NCBI RefSeq assembly: GCF_006345805.1
Contig: NW_021835958.1
Coordinates: 124,001 to 188,000, forward strand
Source of the DNA: Octopus sinensis
Lineage: Eukaryota
Direction: 5' to 3'
Length of the DNA: 64,000 nt
The notes beneath the pieces are model-generated. The model was not told where the DNA came from. It did no database searches and saw only the letters and a program-made list of their open reading frames with translations. The position numbers and the translations under genes are program-made. Numbering within the stretch: the stretch's first letter is position 1; each line of letters opens with the position of its first letter. This document shows, in pieces, positions 11,211 through 23,161 of this stretch.

Positions 11211-12481
11211 ATACGTACATACATACATACATACATACATACATACATACATACATACATACATACATACATACATACATACATACATGCATACATACAT
11301 ATGACACCTGCTCAATGACCTCAGGTCGCTAGGTTCTGAGAAGGATAAAAGGCTAAGTTGGCCGCGGCAGGATTTCCACTCAGAACGTAAAGAACTGGAA
11401 CAAATACTACGTCTTCCCCACCCCCCTCATGCTCTAACAATTCTGTCAAAATAAAAGACGAGAGAATTTGGCTACTAAGAACAAAAGAATTCCTTAGACA
11501 CACAAAAAACAAGTGAAAATTGATGTTGATATTTGGACTACATTTAATCATTAAAAAAATTGAGAAAGTGGTGTTCTATAGTGATCTGCCCTGCTTCCTC
11601 TACTTGCAACATAGCAATTTTAACCTAAAGACTTAAAATTAATTGAACGTTCTAAGATTTCTTAGACCAATAACAACTCCTAAGCAGAAAGATCCAAATA
11701 TTAGAATGTAAGGGTAAAATTGTGATTAAAAAAATGTGACAAGGTTACACAGACAAATGAAAAAATGACAAAATAGAACCTCAAAATCGAAAAGGATTTA
11801 ATGAAATATTTGATGGAATTTGAAAACGCGGGATACGTAAAGGTATATAGGAGTATTGAAGGCAGACGAAGGAACTAGCTCCCTGATAAAACAATAGAAT
11901 AACGAATTAAGAGAGTATACACAACGAGTGAGGTTTGTACGAAGTCTCGAACTAAATACAATGAATAAAAATAGAACAAAATATTTGATAACTTGTGTTG
12001 TTAAATAGTTTTAACATCGTAAATTGGAATATAAGTGATATCCTAAAATTGGATACCGATACATGGAATCTGTTCACAATATACAGAACATACCTCCCAG
12101 AGGCGAATGTCTACAAACTTTACAAAGAAATATAGATATATGAGGCTGAGGATTAGCGCAAGTAGAAACCAATTACAGTAACAATTGGATTGGAAGTATA
12201 CATCAAAGAAAACAATGAAACACTCTGCAAATAGGAGAGAACCAAGAACAAAAGAAAAAAAAAAGGACAAAATCAATAACAAAGCAAGGCTAAAAGAATC
12301 AAAGCAAAATAACACAACAACAACAACAACGAAAAGCACGATATAAAGCCATTCTTCATCTACAAAGAAACAATAAAATAAGGACTGTAGCCAAGATGGA
12401 AGATGCATCACATAAGAAACAACCAAAGGATATAAGATGGAATATATGAAGCAGTAAAGGAAATGATGAAGATGATGATGG

Positions 12482-12515
<34 letters not shown>

Positions 12516-12517
<2 letters not shown>

Positions 12518-13530
12518 CATTTATTTGCCACAAGGGCGAAGGATGAGGACTATACAGACAGGTATAAAGTGTGGGGGGTTACATATAAAGAAATGATTTT
12601 TTTTTAAATGGAAGAAAGAAAGTATGCGCGGTACACACGGCAAAAGAAGGGACATATGCAAGTCATACAAAAAAAAAGTGGCGGGGAGGATGGTTGAGGC
12701 GTCCGACACCATGACGGTGACCTCGTCCACATATGCCGACACTGCCCTTCCTTGTCCTAGTTCGAAAGGATGCTCGTTAGCTTTTCAACTTTCGCAGCCG
12801 TGGCTACCGACTACAAGCGTCAGCGTTTTCGCCAACACCTTGGCCAAAATCTTTAACTTGTGCTTAGCAGAGTTATGGGCCGAAAATTCTCTAGTACGTC
12901 CTCATTGTCAGCATATTTCCTCAGTAGTGTCACCACGCCCTCTGCTAACAGCACTAGGAATTCTCTCGGTCTGTTGCCAGTTGCGGTAGACGTCTGCCAA
13001 GAGGTCGTCCAACAAATCTTGCGGCATGAAGACAATAGAATTGATAGGGAAGACCATCCAAACCGGCCATTTACGACTTGTGCAATCACTCATCACTTCC
13101 TAAATTTCAGCGGCTGTTATCGGCCTTTCCCATAAACTCACGTCAGCTGCTGAGTGCCGTGGCAAGCCATCCAGGTACGAACTAAAGTCCAGTATCGTAG
13201 TCGACCCATCGCCCTCTCCAAACAGTTGCGCGAAATGCTGCACACATCTGCTCGAAGCCACGTAGCACGTACCCTTCCCCCTTCCATCATAGACCTGATT
13301 GTGGTTTTGTTTCGACGTCGCGTTTCACCAGTTCGAGCCCGTAGGACAGCTTCAGTTCCTTCCGGTTTGAGCGCACGAGCTTTAGGTCTGACAACGCAAC
13401 CTTAGCGTTTTGCTTCGAAGAAATGGTCACGGGTCATTCTCACCGCTAACGCATTGGTGAAATTCTAACCTTCTGGCTTAATAGCCTCTCATAATTACAC
13501 AACCAGTTAATGGGATGTTTCTCGTATATC
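12516..13530 (-). mobile_element. Older L1/Tx1-type LINE remnant whose 3' end abuts (ATC)n
   Basis: FRPITLLSTS, LAKVLAKTL, SAYVDEVTVMVS; 3' end CCCTTGTGGCAAATAAATGAA followed by (TCA)n. Confidence 0.85.
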
Positions 13531-13539
13531 ATCAGAAAC

Positions 13540-13890
13540 CCCGAAAACATTATAAGCTGGATAATATTAGGGATAACGTACTTATTCTCTAAAATGAGCA
13601 ACATATAAAGCCCTTAAAAAAATTACAAACCGATCACTTGCTTGACAATTATGTATAAAATACATCCATCCGCACCGAAAGGATATCCCGATTTCTCGAT
13701 CAAAACAACAGCCTTTTCCTTGAACAAAAAGTGCGCAAAATGAACTCATACAGCTGCAAATACCAGTTATTATTAAAACCGTATGATACTCGAAAACTGC
13801 TCATCGAAAAGGCAAAATCTTAGCACAACATGGATTGACTATCGCCAGGCGTTTGACAGTGCCCTACATAGCTGGATCTTAAAGGCACAA
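13540..13890 (+). mobile_element. R4/Dong-type RT fragment
   Basis: NYKPITCLTIMYK and WIDYRQAFDSALHSWILKA. Confidence 0.7.
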
Positions 13891-14619
13891 AATAAAAAAA
13901 AAGAGAGAAAAACAAGATATCTCCTTTCGAAATTTAAGAAGCTATAGTATTCTATCTATAAACACCCCGTCGTATTTACTGTGAAGGAATTTATCCTTGG
14001 CAAATCACATCATACTTAAGATATAAAAATCTATAAACATCTCAAAGTTTTAGCAAACATAGAAAGTACTAGAAAAGGCTTACACATTTTGGGCGGGGAG
14101 CTGTTAAATGAGTGTCATCGTGTGAATGATTTCAGCAGTACTAGGAACCCATTGGAAGAGGAGGGGTAAGGCGAGAGAGAAGAGAAGGGGGACGAAGAGG
14201 AAGAAGGCAGGTAAGCTAGCCAAAATCCCAGCGTGGAGGCGAATTTATGTATAGATTTCTTTGGAAGGACCTTCTATACCTTAGCTATGGCAGTCCCAAC
14301 TTGCCGGCGCTACTTTCAAAAATCACCTCCCACCCGTCCTTAATCGACTGTCAGCCATATCAACTAGCAGTCCAATCAAACAGCCTGTATTAGTAGACAC
14401 AAGCCCGCGCCACTGTTTAACGCCGCAGTATCAGCAGCAGCTAAACCAACAGTCGTAAATCTGCCATCATTTCTTGTCTAAAGGAATCAGGGGAGACAAT
14501 ATTAGGACTTCTCGGCTTTATAGTAATAATATAATTATAGTAATAATAATGAAACTATATTAGTGAACTAGGAAATAATAAGATAGGTATTATAGTAATA
14601 ATAGTGAACAAGAATTACC

Positions 14620-15742
14620 TAGAATGATTAACAAGTGGCGTTGTGAAACCATCGAGTCGTCGGAGACTAAACCGGCAACCTCACTTGGTAAAGAGGGTGG
14701 AATTTCAACACCCTGCAAGATTAAAAACAGAACTCGGCAAATGAAGAGGAACTTAAGTCAATGGCCATTCCGAAAAACGGGTGGACAGAACTCATGAATC
14801 TTGGTTGGCAGCCTGTCAAGGAGAAGGAATACTCTGATTTAAAAACAGGGGTAGATAGAACATCTTAGTCACAGAGGTGACAAACTGTCAGTGTCTAATG
14901 GCTCCATGCCTGGGATGAAGGTGAATCAACTGCGAATCGGGACTTAACTCCGAAGCAATATTTGGATGAAGATATGGGACCAACTGACGCACACCTTTTC
15001 CCTAGTGAGAATCAGAATCATGTCCCCACCCCACCCCAGCACACAGAACTGCAAAGGGAACAGGCCCAACTTATGGGTAGTAAGAGCTCTGCGGTTTTGG
15101 TTGACTCCTTCGCCAAACCAACAGGAGAATTGTGTGCTCCGGGTAGGTTATACTCGTTAGCCTAAGAGAAGGAATATTCTGAGTCCAAAACCAGAGGAGC
15201 AAGGGCCCTGCCACCTTCGCGGACTACTTTGATAGAAATGGTGTCTCGATGAAAATACCGGTTGGTAGTAACCTAAAAACATACCTCATTTGTGAATAGA
15301 AACACCAGGCAAAAGAAATGACGATAGCGGTGTGAACGAGACTGGAACCAATGGTGAAGGTTCCGCAGCAGGGTGGGCCCGGGCGTAATCCAACAACTGC
15401 TAACCATGCTATACGACACAGGTGGAGTAAACAAGTAAACACGATGGTTATGGAGCGTTACTATTGGAGCACTCCAGTGGATGCAAAATGGCAGAAATTC
15501 AAATGATAGTGCCCGTGGAAACTGCCCATATCCTACGTAATATACTATGTAATCTCAAATTTTAAAACAAACACATAATTTTCTTATGTTTTCTTAAACA
15601 TTCTCTAGAACAATACTATGTGCAAAAATCAAATGTACGACACCCTAAGCATAACACCAACATGAACTTCTAATAGTTGTCTCTTGAGGTCTCTGGGTGA
15701 AACTTGGAGTCAACTTGTACAATTACAAAAGTCAAACATATA
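14620..15742 (+). mobile_element. Internally deleted R4/Dong-type LINE (family D): 5' region plus ORF start joined to the 3' end
   Basis: RHRWSKQVNTMVMERYYWSTP (N-terminal block) joined near 15490 to EIQMIVPVETAHILRNIL and a tail shared with 16141-16393; TAA-type flanks. Confidence 0.7.
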
Positions 15743-15760
15743 AAATAATAATAATAATAA

Positions 15761-15945
15761 CATCTTAGAAATACCCTACCGTCTAACTGTACTGCAAAAG
15801 TCGCCATTACTTGGAACTGCACGCATATTGCGTAAAGTATTGTCTGTCTACGGTCCTAGTTGTGACTTGATAAATAAAACAAACACCCGGTAGACACAAT
15901 ATCTTTAATCAACAACCTCACGATATTGTATACTATGCGACGTAT

Positions 15946-15946
<1 letters not shown>
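15761..15946 (+). mobile_element. R4/Dong-type LINE 3' end (family E)
   Basis: LQKSPLLGTARILRKVLSV, distinct tail, then (TAA)n. Confidence 0.75.
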
Positions 15947-15978
<32 letters not shown>

Positions 15979-15998
15979 TAATAATAATAATAATGATG

Positions 15999-16038
<40 letters not shown>

Positions 16039-16046
16039 TAATAATG

Positions 16047-16119
<73 letters not shown>

Positions 16120-16140
16120 GAAGAAGAAGAAGAAGAAGAA

Positions 16141-16392
16141 ATTCAAAAGATAGTGCTCATGGGAACTGCTCATATCCTACGCAAAATACTCTCTATGTAA
16201 TCCCAAGGTTTAAAACAAACTTTTCTTTTTTTTAATTTTAAATTAAAAATTTTTTTTTTATGTATTAGACATTCACTAGTACAACACCCCCCCCCAAATA
16301 TATGGCACAGAACTTCCAACCTGTTGTCTCTTGAGGTCTCTGGGTGAGACTTGGAGCCAACTTGTACAGACATAAAGCAAAAGTCAAACATA

Positions 16393-16393
<1 letters not shown>
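16141..16393 (+). mobile_element. R4/Dong-type LINE 3' end (family D, second copy)
   Basis: IQKIVLMGTAHILRKILSM*; tail GAGGTCTCTGGGTGAGACTTGGAGCCAACTTGTAC...AAAAGTCAAACATA then (TAA)n. Confidence 0.8.
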
Positions 16394-16444
<51 letters not shown>

Positions 16445-16904
16445 TGTTGAATGACATTGAAGAAGGTTGGCATCTTCAAAACTGAAAATTGTGTAACTTA
16501 AGAAAAATTTGAACAAGAAATAAACAAAAGAAAAGAACACGCGTTAATGAGCAATTAAATGAAGTGCAGAATAGACTACAACATCGATAGCGACAAATGC
16601 AGAATATGGTGGCAAATGGGGTGAGACGGTACATCGTTAGCGAATGCCCGAAATTGGCACACCGCGAATGCAAGAAACGTCATGACAATGTGGCAAGAAT
16701 GATCCTCTGGGGACTCTGGAAATCACAGCCTAAAAAGAGTAAACCCCAGGTAGAACACCTAAAAAAAAAAATCAGCATTGCTTGGAACTGTTCGCTGGGT
16801 TCTTGAAGCATGACCAGTAAACAAGTGTTACCTTAATCTGCTGGGGCTGTGGACAGCTGACACTTTCCATCATACCCAGGATAATAAGCTGTGAGATTTA
16901 ATAC
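16445..16904 (+). mobile_element. R4/Dong-type LINE 3' part (family A, second copy)
   Basis: IVSECPKLAHRECKKRHDNVAR; tail GCTGTGGACAGCTGACACTTTCCATCATACC shared with the 3195 end. Confidence 0.85.
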
Positions 16905-17040
16905 AAGAAGAAGAAGTAGAAGAAGAAGAGGAAGAAGAGGAAGAAGAGGAAGAAGTGGAAGAAGAAGAAGAAGAAGAAGAAGAAGAAGAAGAAGAAGAAG
17001 AAGAAGAAGAAGAAGAAGAAGAGAAGAAGAAGATTATATT

Positions 17041-17100
17041 TTAACCCATTCCTTCGAAATAGCTAATGCTTCATGACAAATCCGTCATATCTCATTTCTC
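17041..17100 (+). repeat. Short dispersed repeat starting TTAA-CCC (second copy at 32588-32645, minus)
   Basis: TTAACCCATTCCTTCGAAATAGCTAATGCTTCATGACAAATCCGTCATATCTCATT versus TTAACTCATTCCTTCGAAATAGCTTCAGCTTCGTGACAAATCCGTCACATCTCATT. Confidence 0.7.
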
Positions 17101-17124
17101 TCTCTCTCTCTCTCTCTCTCTGAT

Positions 17125-17151
17125 TTTCTCATACCTATCTATCTATCTATT

Positions 17152-17232
<81 letters not shown>

Positions 17233-17237
17233 GTCTG

Positions 17238-17326
<89 letters not shown>

Positions 17327-17350
17327 TTGTCTGTGTGTCTCTCTGTCTGT
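17125..17350 (+). repeat. (TATC)n/(TGTC)n microsatellite without attached LINE
   Basis: Direct reading; a similar tract lies at about 18093-18232. Confidence 0.95.
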
Positions 17351-18119
17351 CTGTCTTTCTCCTTCTATCCAGTCAGCTGTTGAAGGAATATTTTTTAGAC
17401 GAATGCCTAAAACAACAACACAATGAAGTTTGAAAATAATGGACAAACGTTTGGAAGAGAGAGAGAAAAAAAAAAAACTTCCTCATTTCTATTTCTATTT
17501 ACGCTGCGTACCCATCCCATACTGGCTGGTTATGGTTGTGTTTACACAGTCCACCAGTGTATCATCAGCAAGTCGATTCGACCAGCATTTGAAAGTCTTA
17601 GTAAAAACAAACAAATAAATAAATAAGTGTAGAAATTGTGAAAATTTACTGGTTACTGATATTGCTTAATTAGTTTGCGGGTCAATAAATGTACCTTTTT
17701 ACTATGATTCGCTGTGCTCTATGTTGAGAGACTCGCAAATTTGTCTTTCCTAAATCAAGCGAAATTCAAATAATTAAATTATGGCTGTGATACGATATGT
17801 ATTCTCGGATGTTGTTGTTGTTGCTGGTGGCGGTGCTTCTGTTGTTTTTTATTACGCTTAACAAAGAAGGATGGTGGTCGGCGTGTGGGTGGGGAATTGG
17901 CAGAATTTGTGGAATAACTGACAGGATCCCTTTACATTTTGAGCTTGAAGATGAATACATTATGTCTTTTATCCTTTTTATCTTTTACTTGTTTCCATCA
18001 TTGGGCTGCTGCTATGTTGGGGAGGGGGGGGGCGGTGCTTTTAATTCTGGCAATTGTTCTACCACAAATACAAAGACATACAAACACACATCTATCTACC
18101 TATCTAACTATCTGTCTAC

Positions 18120-18234
<115 letters not shown>

Positions 18235-19090
18235 ACCACACACATTACATATGAGGCTTTTTACCGTCTACCAAGTTCACTTACAAGTCGGCTTTGGGCT
18301 ATAGTAGGTGAGACTTACCCAAACTGTGTTGCACAGTGGAACTGAACTCGAAATCACGTTTCAAAACGAGCTTTGTTAATCACACACCCATACCTAGGAG
18401 ATTGTCTTTGACGTTTCGAAGCTGAATTAGATAAACAACCAGTCATGTTCTGGGCTTGGTGTAATTGACTGGCCCCCTTCTCCTTAGATTTGAAGCCTTG
18501 TGTTTTTCTGATAGATTATCCTTAAGAGCGAGGGATTTGTAGAATTGCTAAAACAACGGGCGAAATTCTTTGCCGTACTTGTTTGGGTTCTTTACATGTT
18601 GAGCTCGAATCATATCAATATCATGTTGGCCTTTTTATAAATAAGTTACTAGTTTATTCATAGGTTCGATTTAAACATCAGACGCCACTCCGAAAATTTC
18701 TGGTTTTGTTGGCCAATTTAAAAACGAGATGTTCCAGCTTTTTACATTCTAGGTTTAACCCAGCCGAGGTCAAATTTGCATTTCATCCTTTCGGGTTCGA
18801 TGAAATAAGGAAGCAGTTGAGTTCTAGAGGCGTTGTAATCGATTAAAACCCTTTCCTAAAAATTGCTGGTCTTGGGACAAAATTTGAAACACTTATTTTT
18901 ATTTCAAGTGAAATTTTTATTTTCAATTTTAGCATGCTTTTGTTATTGCTGCCGCTACTGCTGCTGTTGTTGTTGTTGATGATGATGATGGGGATAATGA
19001 TGGAGCGGTGGTGGTAACGGTGGTGGTGTTTATCAATGTTCAATTCTGATCTAAAAGACTCGTGGCACCGAGATTATCCATACAAGAGAG

Positions 19091-19467
19091 TTAGTATTCA
19101 AGATACATCATGTATCTGCTTAGTCTAAAATTACATTGCGTTCCTAATATACAAAAGGAAATCTTACCAACCTCTTCTTGAATAATGGTCGTTCTTGTTG
19201 TTAACATGCTAGTTAACCCAGCTTTGAGTAAACTGTGAATATGAGATAAACAGCTTCGTACCAAATCACGTGTGATTCTTGAGCTAGTCTTGAACCTGGT
19301 AACGAAATCATGTGATGCAACATGGTGGGTGTGAAGCATTTTGGCAAATAAACTTATTGAGTCAATACCGAATATCTAAGTGCTTGCCAGACATGTATGA
19401 GTTTTTAAGACCTTGTGTAGATGTGTCTGGGTAATAGTAAGAATTTTTGTTATGCTGATTAATAAAA
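19091..19467 (-). mobile_element. Highly degenerate Penelope-like GIY-YIG remnant, inverted relative to 19540-20057
   Basis: Starts with the same INQHN.K coding stretch; loose matches only afterwards (YSRRG...FCIL). Confidence 0.35.
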
Positions 19468-19539
19468 GATGTGAAGTTTTTGCAACAAGAATAGCTAACC
19501 TATTATTTCATTATTTTAGCTAACCTGTTATTCTATTAT

Positions 19540-20057
19540 TTTATTAATCAGCATAACACAAAAATTGTTACAAACAAATAGAGTGCCGAGTCTAATCTAA
19601 GGAACTATAATTTCAAAGATAAGACTTGCTGTCCGTTTGAAGGTGAATGTCTTGAAAAAGGAATTGATTATAGAGCTAAAGTGCAAATAGATGGATCATA
19701 AGAATATAAAACTTACACAGGGGCTTCGGAAAATTCATTCAAGACTCGGTTTTATTCCCACCGAAAAATTCTTTCCAATATCCCGAGAATGGGACAGCAA
19801 GTCTTGCAAAACATGTCTGGCAACAGAAGGATAATGACATCCATCTTTTCAATATCAGCTGGACAAATTTGGAAAAAGCAGCACCATACAAACATGGAGC
19901 TTATAGAAGACCTATGAAATGTAATCTTTGCCTCTCAGAAAAGTTCTTCATCCAGTTCCAGGATAAACATGCATTGAACCAGTGACGCGTGCTCTTAAAT
20001 TCCTGGAGGCATGCTCCGAGGTTTAAGATGTCAGCCAAAAAAATACCGTATGGGTAA
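19540..20057 (+). mobile_element. Penelope-like element 3' end with GIY-YIG endonuclease (Naiad-like)
   Basis: INQHNTKI...(Y)N(F)KDKTCCPFEGECLEKGIDYRAKV...TYTGASENSFKTRFYSH...LAKHVW...KCNLCLSEKFFI...LN; two stops and one frameshift inside. Confidence 0.85.
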
Positions 20058-20382
20058 AACTTTTTGACTTACGGAAAATTTTGACTTCAGCATTTGAATT
20101 TGGCTTTTCACCATATATATAGTTAATTTTGTATTACATATTTTGGCTTCACATTTTATATTTTACATCCGACTTTTAAGAAAGCCTTCGACTGTTTTAC
20201 AAATATAAACCTAAGTTTCGCCGAGCTTTATTTTTTACTAATTTTAACTCATTTTTAAAAATAAATATTCAAATTTTATATTTTAAATTTATATATTTAA
20301 TTTATATTACATCTAATTATGTTATTTTAATTTATTGTACAATTTCTTTATTTTAATATTCTATATACCAGACAGTTTTTCT

Positions 20383-20716
20383 TGCGTGGCACCTTGGGCA
20401 AGTGTCTTCTGCTATAACCTCGGGCCGATCAAAGCCTTGTGAGTGGATTTGGTAAACGGAAACTGAAAGAAGCCCGTCGTATATATGTATATATATATGT
20501 GTGTGTGCGTGTATGTATGTTTGTGTATCTGTGCTTGTCCTCCCAACATCGCTTGACAACCGTTGCTGGTGTGTTTACGTCCCCCTAACTTAGCGGTTCG
20601 GCAAAACAGACCGACAGAATAAGTACTAGGCTTACAAAGAATAAGTCCTGGGGGCGATTTGCTCGACTAAAGGCGGTGCTCCAGCATGACCGCAGTCAAA
20701 TTACTGAAATAAATAA
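20383..20716 (+). mobile_element. 5'-truncated tRNA-derived SINE
   Basis: Colinear with 60572-61012 from GCGTGGCACCTTGGGCAAGTG onward. Confidence 0.9.
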
Positions 20717-20781
20717 AAGAGAATATGTTTGTATATACGTTATAGTGTATATATTTATCTTGATGTGAAGATATTCTCTCT

Positions 20782-20890
<109 letters not shown>

Positions 20891-21090
20891 GAATATCAAT
20901 TCCGGCGTCACTGGGATGAGATATTCAAGTTAAGAATATTAAATTGAATAATTCTCAATAAATAAATACATATATATCAAAGTATCAATTAGAGACAGGA
21001 ATCCCCATAAAATTCAACAAATCAGAATACAAATTCAACCATGTCATAGAATATTATGTTTAATGCTTACTATTCGTTTTCAAAGTTTTC

Positions 21091-21184
21091 GACTACACGT
21101 GTTTCATGAGGTTGTATACTATGTTCCTGAGAGGCGCAGTCTCATACAGAACCTCCCCTTATATACAAACCCAATCTTCAGGTC
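21091..21184 (-). ncRNA. Type-I hammerhead ribozyme motif with canonical core and long stem II, in a PLE-type terminal repeat (about 20888-21200)
   Basis: GAC-CTGAAGA-[69-nt interrupted hairpin]-GAA-ACACGTGT-A-GTC; cleavage triplet GUA. Confidence 0.65.
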
Positions 21185-21712
21185 TACCTATCAACCTTTA
21201 TAACTTTATCATTATATATTCCAACATAAAATTGTATCAAACTAAACAGATGTATAAATAAATTCTGAGAGAGAGAGAGAGAGGGAGAGAGAGAGAAAAA
21301 GGGAGAGAGAGAGAGAGTGAGAGAGAGAGAGAAAGGTGGAGATACTAACCCTAACCCTGCACCTTGGCAGTTTAAGTCCCGGCTTTAAAAGTAAGTAATG
21401 GGATCGATTTGTTCGACAAAAATTCTTCGAGGCGATGCCCCAGCGTGGCCGCAGTCTAATAACGGAAGCAAGTAGAAGACATTAAGTATTCTCTTGAATA
21501 TGTAATTGTGTGCGTTATTGTTGTTGTTGTTTAGCACCAGGTCACACTTGATCGAGTGGAGCTTATGATCAACGATCGAAGACTACCCCCAACTGTGATA
21601 TGAGTGACTCTGATGAGGAAAAACAAGGGAGACAATCCAGGAATTCAAATCTCGAATGAAATGAGAAAGGAATCTTCTATTTGGTAGCAATTAATAGCTG
21701 TTAATCCCAAAG

Positions 21713-21749
<37 letters not shown>

Positions 21750-22037
21750 CTCTTCTACTACTGTCGCTGCCCCTCTGCCATAACCAACAACAACAAATAC
21801 AGCACTACCACCACCATCACCACCATCACCACTACTGCACCAGTGTTCCCTTAAGTCCCCGCCCCGGCAGACTGAGCTACACTCGAAGTTCGTTGTTCTT
21901 GTTAATTTGATATGTCTGTCTTTCACCCAGAAGGACCGTGTTATATACCCCACATGAAGGAGTTAGGCAAGTTTTATGGAAGAAAGCGTTAATTATTAGG
22001 GGCTGGTTTGTGTTTTAGAGGTTTTAAAAAAGACGAC

Positions 22038-22443
22038 GGGAGAAAGATTTCACGGTGTAGCAACAATTTCAGAACTGTTTAGAAGTATTCCTGTCTGACA
22101 CGAGTCGCTGTTTAATAGGCAGCGTCAGAAATAGTTTGGTGAATAAACGAACGAACGAAACAAACAAACAAATGAATAAATAAATAGATAAATGGATGAA
22201 TGAATTGATAGTAGAATAAGTGAATGAATGCATGAATGAACGGCTAAAGAAAAATATGATAAGCTGAATGAACGAATTGTAGAATAAATAAACGAATGAA
22301 AGAGAATATGTGAATGAAAAATCAATGAACAACAAAACGAAAGTATGCGTAGAAAAATGAATTTACAAAAGTAAAGCGAATGAGTGAATGAATGAAATAG
22401 AATGAATAGCAACGACAGAATGAATGAATGAATGAATGAATAA

Positions 22444-22474
<31 letters not shown>

Positions 22475-22536
22475 ATGAATAAATAAATAAATGGACAGCG
22501 ACGACAGAATCTTTGCTACAGTGAAAAACTCTCCCC
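22038..22536. mobile_element. MITE-like element with imperfect ~30-bp terminal inverted repeats around an (RAAT)n core
   Basis: GGGAGAAAGATTTCACGGTGTAGCAACAATT versus reverse complement GGGAGAGTTTTTCACTGTAGCAAAGATT. Confidence 0.35.
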
Positions 22537-23161
22537 TTGAGGCCAATTAAATAATGTTTATTTAATCAATCGATCCACCAAAAACAATAGTTCGAATCTC
22601 AGATTCCTCCTTTACCCCAACCATGAACATATTGCTTAATGTGATCCTCCACACACGTTGCCTGAAGAGATACACGACGGTCATAGTTGGCTGATGTGAA
22701 TAACGACTTTTGACAAAAGCCCAACCTTAGAAATTTGTGGCTAGCAGAGTTTATAGCTGATGTAATCGATCCCACCCCCAAACGATTTTTTACTGGTATT
22801 CTTATGATTATTTATTTTATCGACAGCAATCCACAGAAGGTTGACCTTGAGGAAACTGAAAACCACGATGGATCATGCCCTTTCCAACGGGTTCTGCCAC
22901 TCAACCTCCTCATATCCTTTTAAATGGCATTGTGTTTTTGTTTCTCTCTGTTGTTCAGTTCCTGAAGTAGGATATTTTAGCAGTTAAGAAAAATGTTAAT
23001 ACTTCGATGAGGAGGTCTAATAAAACCAAAACATCTCCGTTGTTGCCTCCCATACTTTCTGAAAAGGAAATAATAATTATATGTGTGTTATATATATATA
23101 TATATATAGATATATATATATAATATATATATATATATATTATATATATATATATATATAT

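Noticed and set aside
11620-12460. A-rich stretch with LINE-like coding flavour upstream of (GAT)n
   Set aside because: No diagnostic RT or endonuclease motif could be read
19975-19990. In-frame TGA in the Naiad-like ORF as possible selenocysteine
   Set aside because: It falls where Arg is expected (CGA to TGA decay), the ORF has another stop and a frameshift, and no SECIS was recognised
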